Position numbers and translations under genes: made by a program | In this document: piece after piece, positions 40,179-49,530 of the stretch | Position numbering within the stretch: position 1 is the first letter of the stretch | Layout: each line of letters starts with the position of its first letter | The notes under the pieces: model-generated | What the model was told of the DNA's origin: nothing | Seen by the model: only the letters and a program-made list of their open reading frames with translations | Database searches by the model: none | IMG/VR virus record: IMGVR_UViG_3300044612_002375 | Strand: one strand, 5' to 3' | From: an uncultured virus (IMG/VR IMGVR_UViG_3300044612_002375) | Taxonomy: Duplodnaviria; Heunggongvirae; Uroviricota; Caudoviricetes | Length of the DNA: 64,000 nucleotides

Positions 40179-40625
40179 TTATGTATTTTTCATAATGTTA
40201 TTCAGTTTTTCAAATAAACGCTGATTCTCTTCACTATTATTTACGGTTAATTGTATCAACTGAACGGATGCTGGATCCAAATTTTCAATAGAATGTTTTC
40301 TATTTCTATCTTCTTTATCATAGAAACTTGGATCATAATTACTAAATCCCGGCATTTTTAATGGGCAATCGATTTTAGGATAATCAAGTTTACAGTATTC
40401 GCCCGGATTTCTTATTAGCCATGTATGCTTATGATCCCCACAGCCACATTTTCCACAATAATAATGATTGGAATCTTTGCTTTTCTTTAAGAATTTACAA
40501 GGTGGTATAGTACCATTTCCATAGCAAGAAATGTATCTTAATTGTTTTGTAGGAAGATCAGTTTTATAGTTATTAAATCCACGCGATGCAATCGCCATGG
40601 CAAACGAAACAATCTTTTTTAACAT
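40179..40625 (-). CDS. Cys-rich hypothetical protein
   Basis: RYISCYG..PPC..YYCGKCGCGD..CKL..CPL; TAATG coupling. Confidence 0.6.
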   Translation of the reverse strand: MLKKIVSFAMAIASRGFNNYKTDLPTKQLRYISCYGNGTIPPCKFLKKSKDSNHYYCGKCGCGDHKHTWLIRNPGEYCKLDYPKIDCPLKMPGFSNYDPSFYDKEDRNRKHSIENLDPASVQLIQLTVNNSEENQRLFEKLNNIMKNT

Positions 40626-41248
40626 TATGGAGCCTCATATATAAGTACCATTCCAGCTGGTATAACACTTCTTTCTAAGAAAGCTTTATGGTTATCTGAA
40701 ACATTTGCAATAATTTTTATTACTGTATTGCTGAAACTTATTACCTGAGTTGTTTCATAGTCATATCCCATAAGGGTAGTCAATAAATAGTGAATTCCAT
40801 CAGGAGTTCCCTTTTTTCCGAAGTATTGATAATCTACTTGTATTGAAAATTTTGGAATATTTGAAAGAACATCTGACAATTCATCAGATGAGAAATCTTC
40901 TCCGGGGAAATATAATTCAGCCAATCCCTGTAGCAATTCAGTTGGCATAAATACTGGACTTCTCAATACTTCCCATGGAATATATGCACCATAGCCATAT
41001 TTCATGCTGTACAGCCAACGAAGATATTGTTTAACAATAGGAACAATTGTCACATTAGAAGTATTGCTTTGATATTCCTGAATTATCCACTCTGGAAACA
41101 ATGATTCAACTGTTAGATTATCACCAATAAATTTGTCTTTTCCAACATTATATAATTCTGAACCATATTGCTTTAATGCTTTTTCAAAAAGCAATTCAAC
41201 TTTTTGAGCAATACTTACGGGTAATCTGTTAAAGAACAGAGGAATCAT
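40625..41248 (-). CDS. Minimal baseplate wedge protein (gp7/tail protein I-like)
   Basis: Follows gp6; LFPEWI, QYLRWL, KKGT..GI.YLL, IPAGM motifs. Confidence 0.55.
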   Translation of the reverse strand: MIPLFFNRLPVSIAQKVELLFEKALKQYGSELYNVGKDKFIGDNLTVESLFPEWIIQEYQSNTSNVTIVPIVKQYLRWLYSMKYGYGAYIPWEVLRSPVFMPTELLQGLAELYFPGEDFSSDELSDVLSNIPKFSIQVDYQYFGKKGTPDGIHYLLTTLMGYDYETTQVISFSNTVIKIIANVSDNHKAFLERSVIPAGMVLIYEAP

Positions 41249-42318
41249 AGTCCGTATACCACCTGTATTCCAGCTATGACTTTGGCTTCTAGGTATTCCA
41301 TTAGAGCCGCTTGACTTCCAGTAGAAAGATCAGTTACATAAACATTAACAGATCCGGGAATGTCACCATTTCTTACATATACCATATCTGGATCAGATGT
41401 TCCAGAGATGCCAGAACCAACTATAGCATTAGTAAAATCTTTTAGAGTTACACATCGGTCATAGTTTAATTCAAAAAGTAGTTTTGCTTTGGCAGTATCG
41501 AGCGATATCGTATTATAACCACCACCGGGAGTGCCAATAAGATCAAAATCATTATTTGGGTCAGCTAATACAGCGTTATTTCCACTTGTTCCATTTGCAG
41601 TAACGGCACGAACTATAACGGACTTAGAAGTAGGGACGGTATTTGCATTTGCAAAATTATTAGTAACTAGATAACCATTAGCAGAATTTGTAACAGTAAA
41701 ATAATTGTTGTCTGTATTGGTAGTCATATTACCTTTACTAACTCGTGTCCATTTTACTTTTTCAGCTTTATTTAAAGAATCTGGAATAACATAAAAAGAA
41801 ATAGTATCGGGGTCAATGTTATATGGTAAAAGTATTGACTGACTTGTAAAGTCATAATTGCTAAATGTTTGCACATTTGATCCAGCATATAGATACATTT
41901 CCTGTGCACTTGTTAAACCCCCAGGTGTTCCATTTATAACAAAGAAATTTACATTACTTCCATCTGTCGCCGTAGCTGCATAAGATTGATAATCTTGAAC
42001 ATATGCACGAGTAGAAACCTTTACGGCTGCAGATTTTACAAGCGGAACAACAATTGAATGATTAGAGGCAATTGATATTACAGATTCTAATAATGTTGCT
42101 GTTGATAAAAATGATTCGGTAAATCCAAATTGTGAATATACACCATTATATGCTGTGGCAGTTGATAGAATATTAATTAAAAGATTGGCAGTGCTAGCTT
42201 GGTTTCTAAAATCAATGTCGGTCAAACCGGGCTGTATTTCTAAAAAAGAAATCAATGAATTTTTAATATCTTCAAAATCCAAAGAGGCTACATTTAAAGT
42301 TTTTAAATTATATGTCAT
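41245..42318 (-). CDS. gp6: Short baseplate wedge protein (T4 gp6-like)
   Basis: LDFEDIKNSLISFL, ESFLSTATLLESVISIA, RCVTLKDF. Confidence 0.85.
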   Translation of the reverse strand: MTYNLKTLNVASLDFEDIKNSLISFLEIQPGLTDIDFRNQASTANLLINILSTATAYNGVYSQFGFTESFLSTATLLESVISIASNHSIVVPLVKSAAVKVSTRAYVQDYQSYAATATDGSNVNFFVINGTPGGLTSAQEMYLYAGSNVQTFSNYDFTSQSILLPYNIDPDTISFYVIPDSLNKAEKVKWTRVSKGNMTTNTDNNYFTVTNSANGYLVTNNFANANTVPTSKSVIVRAVTANGTSGNNAVLADPNNDFDLIGTPGGGYNTISLDTAKAKLLFELNYDRCVTLKDFTNAIVGSGISGTSDPDMVYVRNGDIPGSVNVYVTDLSTGSQAALMEYLEAKVIAGIQVVYGL

Positions 42319-42698
42319 GATAATGGTATCTCTATCTGGCAGGATGATTTATTTTGACTAGTCAAAGATATTTCTGTAGAAAATTGAATATCAAAGATTA
42401 TTACTGTATCTGAATAATAATTCACAGTAACCGATACATCAAATATTTTTCTTATTGAGGATTTGATTACTGACCTCAAAGTACTTGTAATAATTTGTCT
42501 ATTAACGGCAACATCATAGGTATAATCTCTGATATTTGCTCCAAAACTCATGTTTGAAACATTTTCACCTTTATTTGTTCTCAGTACATTTTCAATTTGT
42601 TGAACTATAGAATTTGTACCACTTACAAATGCCAAATCTTTTTTGGAATTTGCAGTTGATACTTTTTCTAATAATATTGAAAAATCTTTGGTTTTCAT
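42315..42698 (-). CDS. gp25: Baseplate wedge protein (T4 gp25-like)
   Basis: SIVQQIENVLRTNKGE..FGANI; precedes gp6. Confidence 0.75.
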   Translation of the reverse strand: MKTKDFSILLEKVSTANSKKDLAFVSGTNSIVQQIENVLRTNKGENVSNMSFGANIRDYTYDVAVNRQIITSTLRSVIKSSIRKIFDVSVTVNYYSDTVIIFDIQFSTEISLTSQNKSSCQIEIPLS

Positions 42699-42715
42699 TC
42701 TAATTTATTTATACA

Positions 42716-43567
42716 TTATGACCAGATCTCCCCATTATTTGGGGTAAATGGATCATTAAAGTTACCAGGATTATTAGGTATATCCAGTTGTTCATTCCAT
42801 GGCGGTACTGTATTTTGATTATTCCCACCACTAGAATTTATTGGTGCAGAAGTTGATGGTAATATATCAGATAGAGTTAAAATGGTTTCATGTGTACCGG
42901 AATTAGTAAAAACATGTTTTACACCAAGCACCCAATAAATACCATTTATTACTGATCCACCTGAAAAATATGGATAACCACTTATATTGTTTGCTAAAAT
43001 TTCTACAAAGTTACCAACTTTTATTGAATAGTCACCAGCAATATTAATTGTTAGTTTTCTGGCATACTTTAAAGCATCCAAAAACTCTTTTCTTTTAACG
43101 GGAGTAGCTTTTGGAGTATTCCAAAAAGTAGCAACATTTAATCTAAGTTTTAAATATGCTTCAAACTTAGGTCCAAGATCAGGGCAACTACAGTTATATG
43201 GAGCTTCAGGTACTCCCCAAAGACAACCAAAAAAGTCTTTTCCTAATCTAGTATTATTACTTATTTCTTTGCATTCATTTGAAGCGGTGCCAAGGTATAT
43301 ATCTAATGGATATGTAAGACCTTCTGTACCATAAGTGACACCAGGAAATGACCACAATGAAGTAGAACTAGTAATACCTACAGCAGTAGCAATAGCTGAT
43401 ATACCAGGGAATTTAGAAAAACATTCTTCCAATGAGTTTGGAGTTGATGTAACACCTTGCACTATTTGAGCATTTGCACATACATATTCGCTCCTAGAAC
43501 CAAAATTTCCAATTGGTACATTTAAAACATTTGTTCCAAGAGTTACAGTTTTTCCACGTTTTGGCAT
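42716..43567 (-). CDS. Putative baseplate hub C-terminal portion (gp27/late control D-like)
   Basis: KLTINIAGD.SIKVG..V.I...INGIYWVLGVKHVF; N-terminal Cys-containing region. Confidence 0.5.
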   Translation of the reverse strand: MPKRGKTVTLGTNVLNVPIGNFGSRSEYVCANAQIVQGVTSTPNSLEECFSKFPGISAIATAVGITSSTSLWSFPGVTYGTEGLTYPLDIYLGTASNECKEISNNTRLGKDFFGCLWGVPEAPYNCSCPDLGPKFEAYLKLRLNVATFWNTPKATPVKRKEFLDALKYARKLTINIAGDYSIKVGNFVEILANNISGYPYFSGGSVINGIYWVLGVKHVFTNSGTHETILTLSDILPSTSAPINSSGGNNQNTVPPWNEQLDIPNNPGNFNDPFTPNNGEIWS

Positions 43568-45522
43568 TAGCAGCTCCCATCTACTACGTTTTCAGCACTA
43601 AAATAATACAACATTTTTCCTTTTAATTCGGGTGGTACAGCTATACCCCCTTCAACAGCAAGTCTTTCTGCGGTAGTTTTATACATCTTTACAATATGTG
43701 CAATCGTATCGCCAGCCGTATTTGGAATTGTAGTATAACATCCAATAGGTCGATATTTGAATCCCGAACCAAGACCAGTACTGACCCATCCAGGTGGATA
43801 ATATGCTGGAGTTCCTAAACCAGCAGTGCGTTCATTTAGATTGATTGCCCAAGAATCATTAGGACCTGTGCCAGTTGCCATATTTGTTGGATCAGATTCC
43901 CACAATTCCATTGCTGTCCAATAAGTACTACCAGCACCATTGGTAAATTTTAATCCTTCCCATTTGTAACGCCATTTAAGACCGTCCCCGCCAATCAATG
44001 GTATGGAAGTAAATGGATCTGGTGCATATCGAATCAAACTAGCAAAGAATGATTCTTCACCATCACCCATACAGCATAAAGAATACAATACAAAGTTTTC
44101 TCTTTCTATTTGTCGTCTTATTTCCAAATTTTCAGGAACATATGTATTTCCTTTATACAAGTTTGTCAAGTTTGTTTGAATTACATTATATAAAAAATTA
44201 TTTACTGGTGTTGGAGCATTAACTGGATTTGGATAATTTGGATGGATTTCAGTAGCATCAAATATATTTTTCCACATATCGATATTATCTGAATGTGAAA
44301 AATAACCACTATTTCCCATATAATTTATTTGAGAATAAGATTTTGCAAAACCAAATTCTCCAGATCCATATGTGGGTGGAGCATTATCATTTGTTGTGTT
44401 ATCATCTGAGATCCAACCCCAGTTCTTCTCACAAATCATTTCCTCGGCACCAGAAGTAACACCATTTATAGCACCACTAGATGCTATTACTTCAATATTA
44501 TATTTTTCTCCATCATCTTGAAAATGATATGTCAGAGCTTTTGTTGTATAATCTTGTTTTTGTTGATTGGTAGTAAGATATAATGGCACACTATCTAAAA
44601 ATTTTGGTGTTTTTCTAACATAGAAATAGTTTTTAGATACCCATTGATTTGTTGGATCTGTTCTTAAATTATAGATTTTTTTATAGACATTACCATTGGT
44701 CGATGTTTGTGATGGAACGTCTGAATCATAAACACTGTATCTATAATTCTTATTTGTATATTTGGTAAATGTTTGAGTGTCATCATTTTTCTTTTCATAG
44801 AAATATTTAAAATTAATATAGTCACCAAAATCCGACCAAAACAAATATCTTGGTTCTCGTGTTCCGTTTGATGTTTCTGGCCCTACAGCCAAACTAGAAA
44901 TATAATTTAAATATTGAAAAGCACTATCTGTGGAGACATATGTTAGATTATTATTATTTCCCGGACTTAACATTTTTAAACAAAAAAAGTTACTAGGATT
45001 TACCGTAATTTCACCTCTAAATGTAGTAGTAGCACTACCATATCCCAATTTGTTAAAAGCATTTTGATCAAAATAATTTAAAATATTATTTAAAGAATCA
45101 ACTCTATCTTCAAGTTTTCCATTGGATGTTAATAAATCCGATGCTGAAGTTTTTTGAGATAATTTATAAAAACTATTTGTAACATTTATAGATACAAAGT
45201 TTTCTTCTGTTTCAGATGCAGCATTATTTACATAGGTTGTACTAGTAATAGAAAGTCTTATCATCGTACCATCAGTCATATACATTAAGGCATAATCAAT
45301 TTTATTGTTTTGAATAAACGTGGTTATATCTTGTGTATCGCGCACAACTATAGCGCCAACAGGAAATATTTCAAAGACACTTTCTTCTAATTCCAAACGT
45401 TGAAACTGGCACTGACTATTTCTGTTTAAAATATTAAATGCATATTGTGAATCTGTAGAACTTGTAAGTACGATTGCACTTAATGGTGAGTCAAATGGAT
45501 TTGATTGTAAATTTGGAGGCAT
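43567..45522 (-). CDS. Putative baseplate hub N-terminal portion (gp27-like) with large insertions
   Basis: LEESVFE.FP.G.IVVRD and YLFWSDF..INFK motifs; after gp53. Confidence 0.5.
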   Translation of the reverse strand: MPPNLQSNPFDSPLSAIVLTSSTDSQYAFNILNRNSQCQFQRLELEESVFEIFPVGAIVVRDTQDITTFIQNNKIDYALMYMTDGTMIRLSITSTTYVNNAASETEENFVSINVTNSFYKLSQKTSASDLLTSNGKLEDRVDSLNNILNYFDQNAFNKLGYGSATTTFRGEITVNPSNFFCLKMLSPGNNNNLTYVSTDSAFQYLNYISSLAVGPETSNGTREPRYLFWSDFGDYINFKYFYEKKNDDTQTFTKYTNKNYRYSVYDSDVPSQTSTNGNVYKKIYNLRTDPTNQWVSKNYFYVRKTPKFLDSVPLYLTTNQQKQDYTTKALTYHFQDDGEKYNIEVIASSGAINGVTSGAEEMICEKNWGWISDDNTTNDNAPPTYGSGEFGFAKSYSQINYMGNSGYFSHSDNIDMWKNIFDATEIHPNYPNPVNAPTPVNNFLYNVIQTNLTNLYKGNTYVPENLEIRRQIERENFVLYSLCCMGDGEESFFASLIRYAPDPFTSIPLIGGDGLKWRYKWEGLKFTNGAGSTYWTAMELWESDPTNMATGTGPNDSWAINLNERTAGLGTPAYYPPGWVSTGLGSGFKYRPIGCYTTIPNTAGDTIAHIVKMYKTTAERLAVEGGIAVPPELKGKMLYYFSAENVVDGSC

Positions 45523-45523
45523 A

Positions 45524-46342
45524 TCATGTATATTTAATCGTAATTAAACGACTCGTCACTTTAGACAATTCACTTGGATTAAATATATTCACCTTTCTAT
45601 TTGCATACTGTGCTACTTCTTGGGTTGTTTGTTCTGCGGTTTTAGAGCTCGCAGGACTATAAACATTTGGAACATCTCCTAACAACATGTTTTTAAATAA
45701 CAGTGATCCAACAGGTCCATAATCTTCAATTAATTCTACTGTATCTATATAAGAGTACTTTTCAATTACGTTAATTGGTGTTTCTGTAGAATTTATAAAT
45801 GTTGATGGTGCTTCAAAATCAACATATTGTGCCTCAATACCTCCACTTGCAAAAGGAACCCCATTGCTTGGTGTTGGTTTCATTGTTACTCTTTTTGTAT
45901 ATGAATCTTGATTTTCTACAATGTAGATATCTCCATCTAAAGAAAAATTACCAACATAATTAAAATCAAATGGATTGCCTCCAGTTGCCGAATATGGTAA
46001 TACTAAACTACCAGCACTTATATAATAACCAGTATTTCCTGTCGAGTTTGCAATTTTTGCTGTTTCTTTGTATTTGTTATTTTGAATAAAATCAGTATAG
46101 TTATCAATAAACAAGAAAAATGGATTTATTGTTTGATTAGCTAGAAGAATCAACCAAAAAGAATTGGGATCTTCATATAGAGTTGAAGCAGCCTCTACCA
46201 ATGTGGTTTTGCTATCAAATTCAAATTGTCTTTTGCTAACTAAATCAAAGCTAAACTTATAGTAACTAAAATAATCACTAATAGAAAAAGATCCAAGTGT
46301 AGTTTCAAAAGTTCGTTTTGGAAGTTTATCAAAGTATTTCAT
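45524..46342 (-). CDS. gp53: Baseplate wedge protein (T4 gp53)
   Basis: MKYFDKLP, LYEDP..FWLILLAN..INP, NRKVNIF.P. Confidence 0.8.
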   Translation of the reverse strand: MKYFDKLPKRTFETTLGSFSISDYFSYYKFSFDLVSKRQFEFDSKTTLVEAASTLYEDPNSFWLILLANQTINPFFLFIDNYTDFIQNNKYKETAKIANSTGNTGYYISAGSLVLPYSATGGNPFDFNYVGNFSLDGDIYIVENQDSYTKRVTMKPTPSNGVPFASGGIEAQYVDFEAPSTFINSTETPINVIEKYSYIDTVELIEDYGPVGSLLFKNMLLGDVPNVYSPASSKTAEQTTQEVAQYANRKVNIFNPSELSKVTSRLITIKYT

Positions 46343-47148
46343 TATCCAGAGTATCCAAAATAATAATCTGAAATTTCAGATTTAGACCAAGTAGCATTTG
46401 CATCTGGAACATATGTACCAGTTTCAAATTCAACAAAATTGAGACCAAGCATAACAGCGGATGAACGATAGTCTTTGAGATACCGCAATACTGGATCACC
46501 GTAGTCAGCATGTTTAACTACAATACCACTCAAAACACAAGGAAGAGGTTCGCCAAACCAATCCGCAGTTCTATTTGGATTTATATCTCCACCATTCATT
46601 ACGGAAATATTCCATAGTCTTTGTGGATAAGATCTTTCGGGCAAGCCTGTAGCAACTACTGGATAAGATCCTTTTCTAAAAGTTCCAACTATATCAGTAA
46701 CAACATTTGACTCATCTGGTGATTTTGGAACAAACAAATATTCAAAGTAATAACTTTTTCTAGCCTCTGAAACCATGGTAAGTTCGGTAATATTACTAAA
46801 TCTTCTATAAGTATCAGTTGCATATTGCCTTTCAGCAAAGAATGCTACTGGCTGCATTACTCTTGAATACAAAGTTCCAAAGTTATCTAAGCCACCGCTA
46901 TTGGCTGCACCTGCCATAGAAATTACTGGTCCAACAGGATTTTGACCTTCACCAAATTGGTGAATGATACTATAACCCGGTTCTTTTGGCATAGGAAGTA
47001 TTATGGTAGAATCGGATCTAGTTACGATAGAATCTCTGGTTCTTTCAAAATTCTTCAAAGAATAGGTTGCAACATCAAATCTTAGTTGCAAAGGAACTTC
47101 AGCACCAGAAGCGCTACCTGCAATTGGGTATATATATGTTGATGCCAT
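46342..47148 (-). CDS. gp48: Baseplate tail-tube cap (T4 gp48-like); start re-called at 47148
   Basis: IILPMP, RKSYYFEYLFVPKSPDES..I..F, CVLSGI.V, LNFVE; late promoter 7 nt before ATG. Confidence 0.75.
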   Translation of the reverse strand: MASTYIYPIAGSASGAEVPLQLRFDVATYSLKNFERTRDSIVTRSDSTIILPMPKEPGYSIIHQFGEGQNPVGPVISMAGAANSGGLDNFGTLYSRVMQPVAFFAERQYATDTYRRFSNITELTMVSEARKSYYFEYLFVPKSPDESNVVTDIVGTFRKGSYPVVATGLPERSYPQRLWNISVMNGGDINPNRTADWFGEPLPCVLSGIVVKHADYGDPVLRYLKDYRSSAVMLGLNFVEFETGTYVPDANATWSKSEISDYYFGYSG

Positions 47149-47155
47149 ACTACAA

Positions 47156-47176
47156 TATTTAGCAATATCATAAATA
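47156..47176. promoter_or_regulatory. Back-to-back late promoters (CTAAATA on -, ATAAATA on +)
   Basis: 47156-47162 and 47170-47176, 7 and 6 nt from the ATGs of gp48 and gp4. Confidence 0.7.
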
Positions 47177-47182
47177 TTTAAA

Positions 47183-47614
47183 ATGGCGTACAGAACACAG
47201 TTTTTTCCAAAAAACAAAGAGAAATACATAGGCGATTGTGAAAAGATCGTCTGCAGATCTCTGTGGGAAAGAACTGTTTGCAAATTTTGCGACGATCACC
47301 CAAATATAATAAAATGGTCATCTGAAGAAATTGCAATTCCTTATGTGCATCCAATAGAGAAAAAGATTAAAAACTATTATCCAGATTTTTTAATAGAGAT
47401 AAAGCAAAACAATAATAAAAAAATTTGGATGGTAGAAGTTAAACCCAAAAAACAAACCTTCTTAAAGGAAAATGCCACCAAAAAAGAAAAATATATATGG
47501 GCAGTAAATACTGCAAAGTGGAAGGCAGCGGAAAATTATTGTGAAAAACACAATATAGAATTTAAAATTTTAACAGAAAAAGAGTTATATAACAAATGTC
47601 ATCCTCACCCATAA
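47183..47614 (+). CDS. gp4: Head completion nuclease (T4 gp4; TnsA-like fold)
   Basis: PKNKEKYIGD..I.CRSLWE, WSSEE..IPY, YYPDF, EVKP..QT, N.AKW.AA. Confidence 0.92.
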   Translation: MAYRTQFFPKNKEKYIGDCEKIVCRSLWERTVCKFCDDHPNIIKWSSEEIAIPYVHPIEKKIKNYYPDFLIEIKQNNNKKIWMVEVKPKKQTFLKENATKKEKYIWAVNTAKWKAAENYCEKHNIEFKILTEKELYNKCHPHP

Positions 47615-48192
47615 ACACCAATAATATTGACAATCTAAAAAATTATTTGAATGCCAGTGGCGGTCTTCAAAGAGCCAATAGATATGCTGTAAAAATTTAT
47701 AGACCCGAATTAGATGACCTTCCTAGTGGTCAAGTATCGTCATCATATATAACTGTTTATCCATCTGAAATTTCTTTTGGTGCACGTGCGACGAATTACA
47801 TATATGATGGACTACAAGGTTACAATTATGGTAGAGCTGTTCCCAATTCTACAAAATTTGTTGGTGGAATTGTAATGACTTTTTATGTTACTGGCGATCT
47901 ATTTGTTTTAAATTATTTCAATGACTGGTTTGATGCCATGTACAATAGAAATAATAATACTTTTTTTGTTCCTTGGTATACTGAAACTGTACAACCTGCA
48001 AACCTTCAACTTACATATTTGGATTTAAATGGAAACCAGTCGGTTTCAACAAATAACCAATCTCTATGGACATTTCAAGAAGTATATCCAGTAGAGGCAC
48101 TGCCTATTCAATTGTCTGCCAAAGCAGATTCTCCCTTACTTTATCAAGTTGTATTGAATTACAGATCTATTACTAGATCTTCTATACGATAA
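47596..48192 (+). CDS. Baseplate tail-tube initiator (gp54/gp19-like)
   Basis: GGLQRANRY, F..WFD, EVYP....IQL tube-fold motifs; position after gp4. Confidence 0.7.
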   Translation: MSSSPINTNNIDNLKNYLNASGGLQRANRYAVKIYRPELDDLPSGQVSSSYITVYPSEISFGARATNYIYDGLQGYNYGRAVPNSTKFVGGIVMTFYVTGDLFVLNYFNDWFDAMYNRNNNTFFVPWYTETVQPANLQLTYLDLNGNQSVSTNNQSLWTFQEVYPVEALPIQLSAKADSPLLYQVVLNYRSITRSSIR

Positions 48193-48208
48193 ATTTTTTG
48201 GAATTATT

Positions 48209-48865
48209 ATGGATATTTTAAATTTATTTAAAGACTCGCAACCAAAGTTTGAAACCACACTTCCTTTTAGTAAAAAGAAAGTTTTATTTACTGCATTTAA
48301 AGTAAAAGATGCTAAAAAAATATCTTTGATACTTAATGAAGATAATAAAAAATTATCATTATTGGCGTTATATGAATGCATAAAAGACAACTGTGATTTA
48401 AAAAATGTACAAGATCTGTGTCTTGCTGATGCAGAATACTTATTTCTACAAATTAGATCTAAAAGTGTTGATGAATTGATTAACGTGATTGTGAATCAAG
48501 AAAAAACTCAAATTGGTATATCTAATATTGAAAATAAAAATGCAATTCAATCATTGAATATACCAGTAGGTGAGTCCATTACAATTACTCTAGCAACTCC
48601 TTCTTTAAGTGATTTACTAAAACAAGATTCATTTTCGGATGAAATTTATTCTAAATCATGCATCAAGAGTATAATAATTTCTGGTCAAGTTTTTTACTTA
48701 GATAAATTTGTAAATGAAAAGTGCAAGGAGCTCATCGATAATCTCCCTTTGTTTACTATGAAACAAATTAATGAATTTGTAAAAAACGAACCAAGATTAT
48801 GGTTCAAGGTCGAAAAAGAAAATAGTGAAAGTGAGGTATCTGGTTTCCTAAGTTTTTTTATCTAG
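48209..48865 (+). CDS. gp26: Baseplate hub assembly/chaperone protein (T4 gp26-like)
   Basis: PKFETTLP, FTAFKVK, DAEYLFLQIRSKSVDE, C-terminal GFLSFF. Confidence 0.85.
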   Translation: MDILNLFKDSQPKFETTLPFSKKKVLFTAFKVKDAKKISLILNEDNKKLSLLALYECIKDNCDLKNVQDLCLADAEYLFLQIRSKSVDELINVIVNQEKTQIGISNIENKNAIQSLNIPVGESITITLATPSLSDLLKQDSFSDEIYSKSCIKSIIISGQVFYLDKFVNEKCKELIDNLPLFTMKQINEFVKNEPRLWFKVEKENSESEVSGFLSFFI

Positions 48866-49062
48866 CAGCAAGTTACTTTGATGTTGTTGACTACTATCAA
48901 ACTAACTTCTCTTTAATGAAAGAACTAAAATGGAGTGTACAAGATATCGAAAATATGTATTTTTGGGAGAGAGAAGTGTATATTAACATTCTGGTAAATT
49001 ACAATTTAGAACAAGAACAGAAACAATTACATAATCAAACAGCAGGACAACACTTTGGATAA
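48853..49062 (+). CDS. gp51: gp51-like baseplate hub assembly domain (probably reached by -1 frameshift from gp26; first ATG at 48916; missing from ORF track)
   Basis: -1 frame reads YLAASYFDVVDYYQTNFSLMKELKWSVQDIENMYFWEREVYINIL..., matching the gp51 pattern YY.TNF.LM....S..IENM..WER..Y. Confidence 0.8.
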   Translation, partial: FFYLAASYFDVVDYYQTNFSLMKELKWSVQDIENMYFWEREVYINILVNYNLEQEQKQLHNQTAGQHFG

Positions 49063-49504
49063 TAATAATGAAGCAAAAATAAACATTGAAGCAGAAAAAA
49101 CTGTATTCAGTGATGCCATAGGAAGATCTGAACAAAAACTAGAAATGACAGAATCATCATATTCAGTTACTCCTTCTCCTTTTAGTACTCAAAATCTGTC
49201 CATGATATCTATGGATACCAGTGTAAATGTTTCTCCAGTTATTGCTGCACCAAATCAATCCAGAATAATTCCAATGCAGGCTAATACCGGTTTCATGGAT
49301 AATTCTAAAACTTCAAATATTGAAAAACAAATTAAAGATAATATCATGCCATCTCTTCAGAAGATTGCACAGCAAGTAAATGACATGAATGTATCTACTA
49401 AGAATCAAAATACTGATTTGGTAGAAAGACCTACAATCGCTCCAACAAATCTAATATTTTTAGATAGAGCAACTAAAACATCATCAGCCCCAAATTGGGC
49501 ATAA
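49055..49504 (+). CDS. Hypothetical protein in the tape-measure slot
   Basis: 149-aa Ser/Asn/Thr-rich ORF (TTG start) directly after gp51, followed by terminator. Confidence 0.55.
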   Translation: MDNNNEAKINIEAEKTVFSDAIGRSEQKLEMTESSYSVTPSPFSTQNLSMISMDTSVNVSPVIAAPNQSRIIPMQANTGFMDNSKTSNIEKQIKDNIMPSLQKIAQQVNDMNVSTKNQNTDLVERPTIAPTNLIFLDRATKTSSAPNWA

Positions 49505-49529
49505 AAAAAGCCCCCTTGCGGGGGCTTTT
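49503..49529. terminator. Bidirectional rho-independent terminator
   Basis: AAAAGCCCCC-TTGC-GGGGGCTTTT between convergent genes. Confidence 0.9.
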
Positions 49530-49530
49530 C

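Noticed and set aside
46342..47283. 313-aa version of the gp48-like ORF
   Set aside because: The extension overlaps gp4 on the opposite strand; ATG 47148 with a late promoter 7 nt upstream is the better start.
47183..47614. TnsA-like endonuclease suggesting a Tn7-type transposon
   Set aside because: Motifs and position match T4 gp4 head completion protein; no TnsB/C or terminal repeats.
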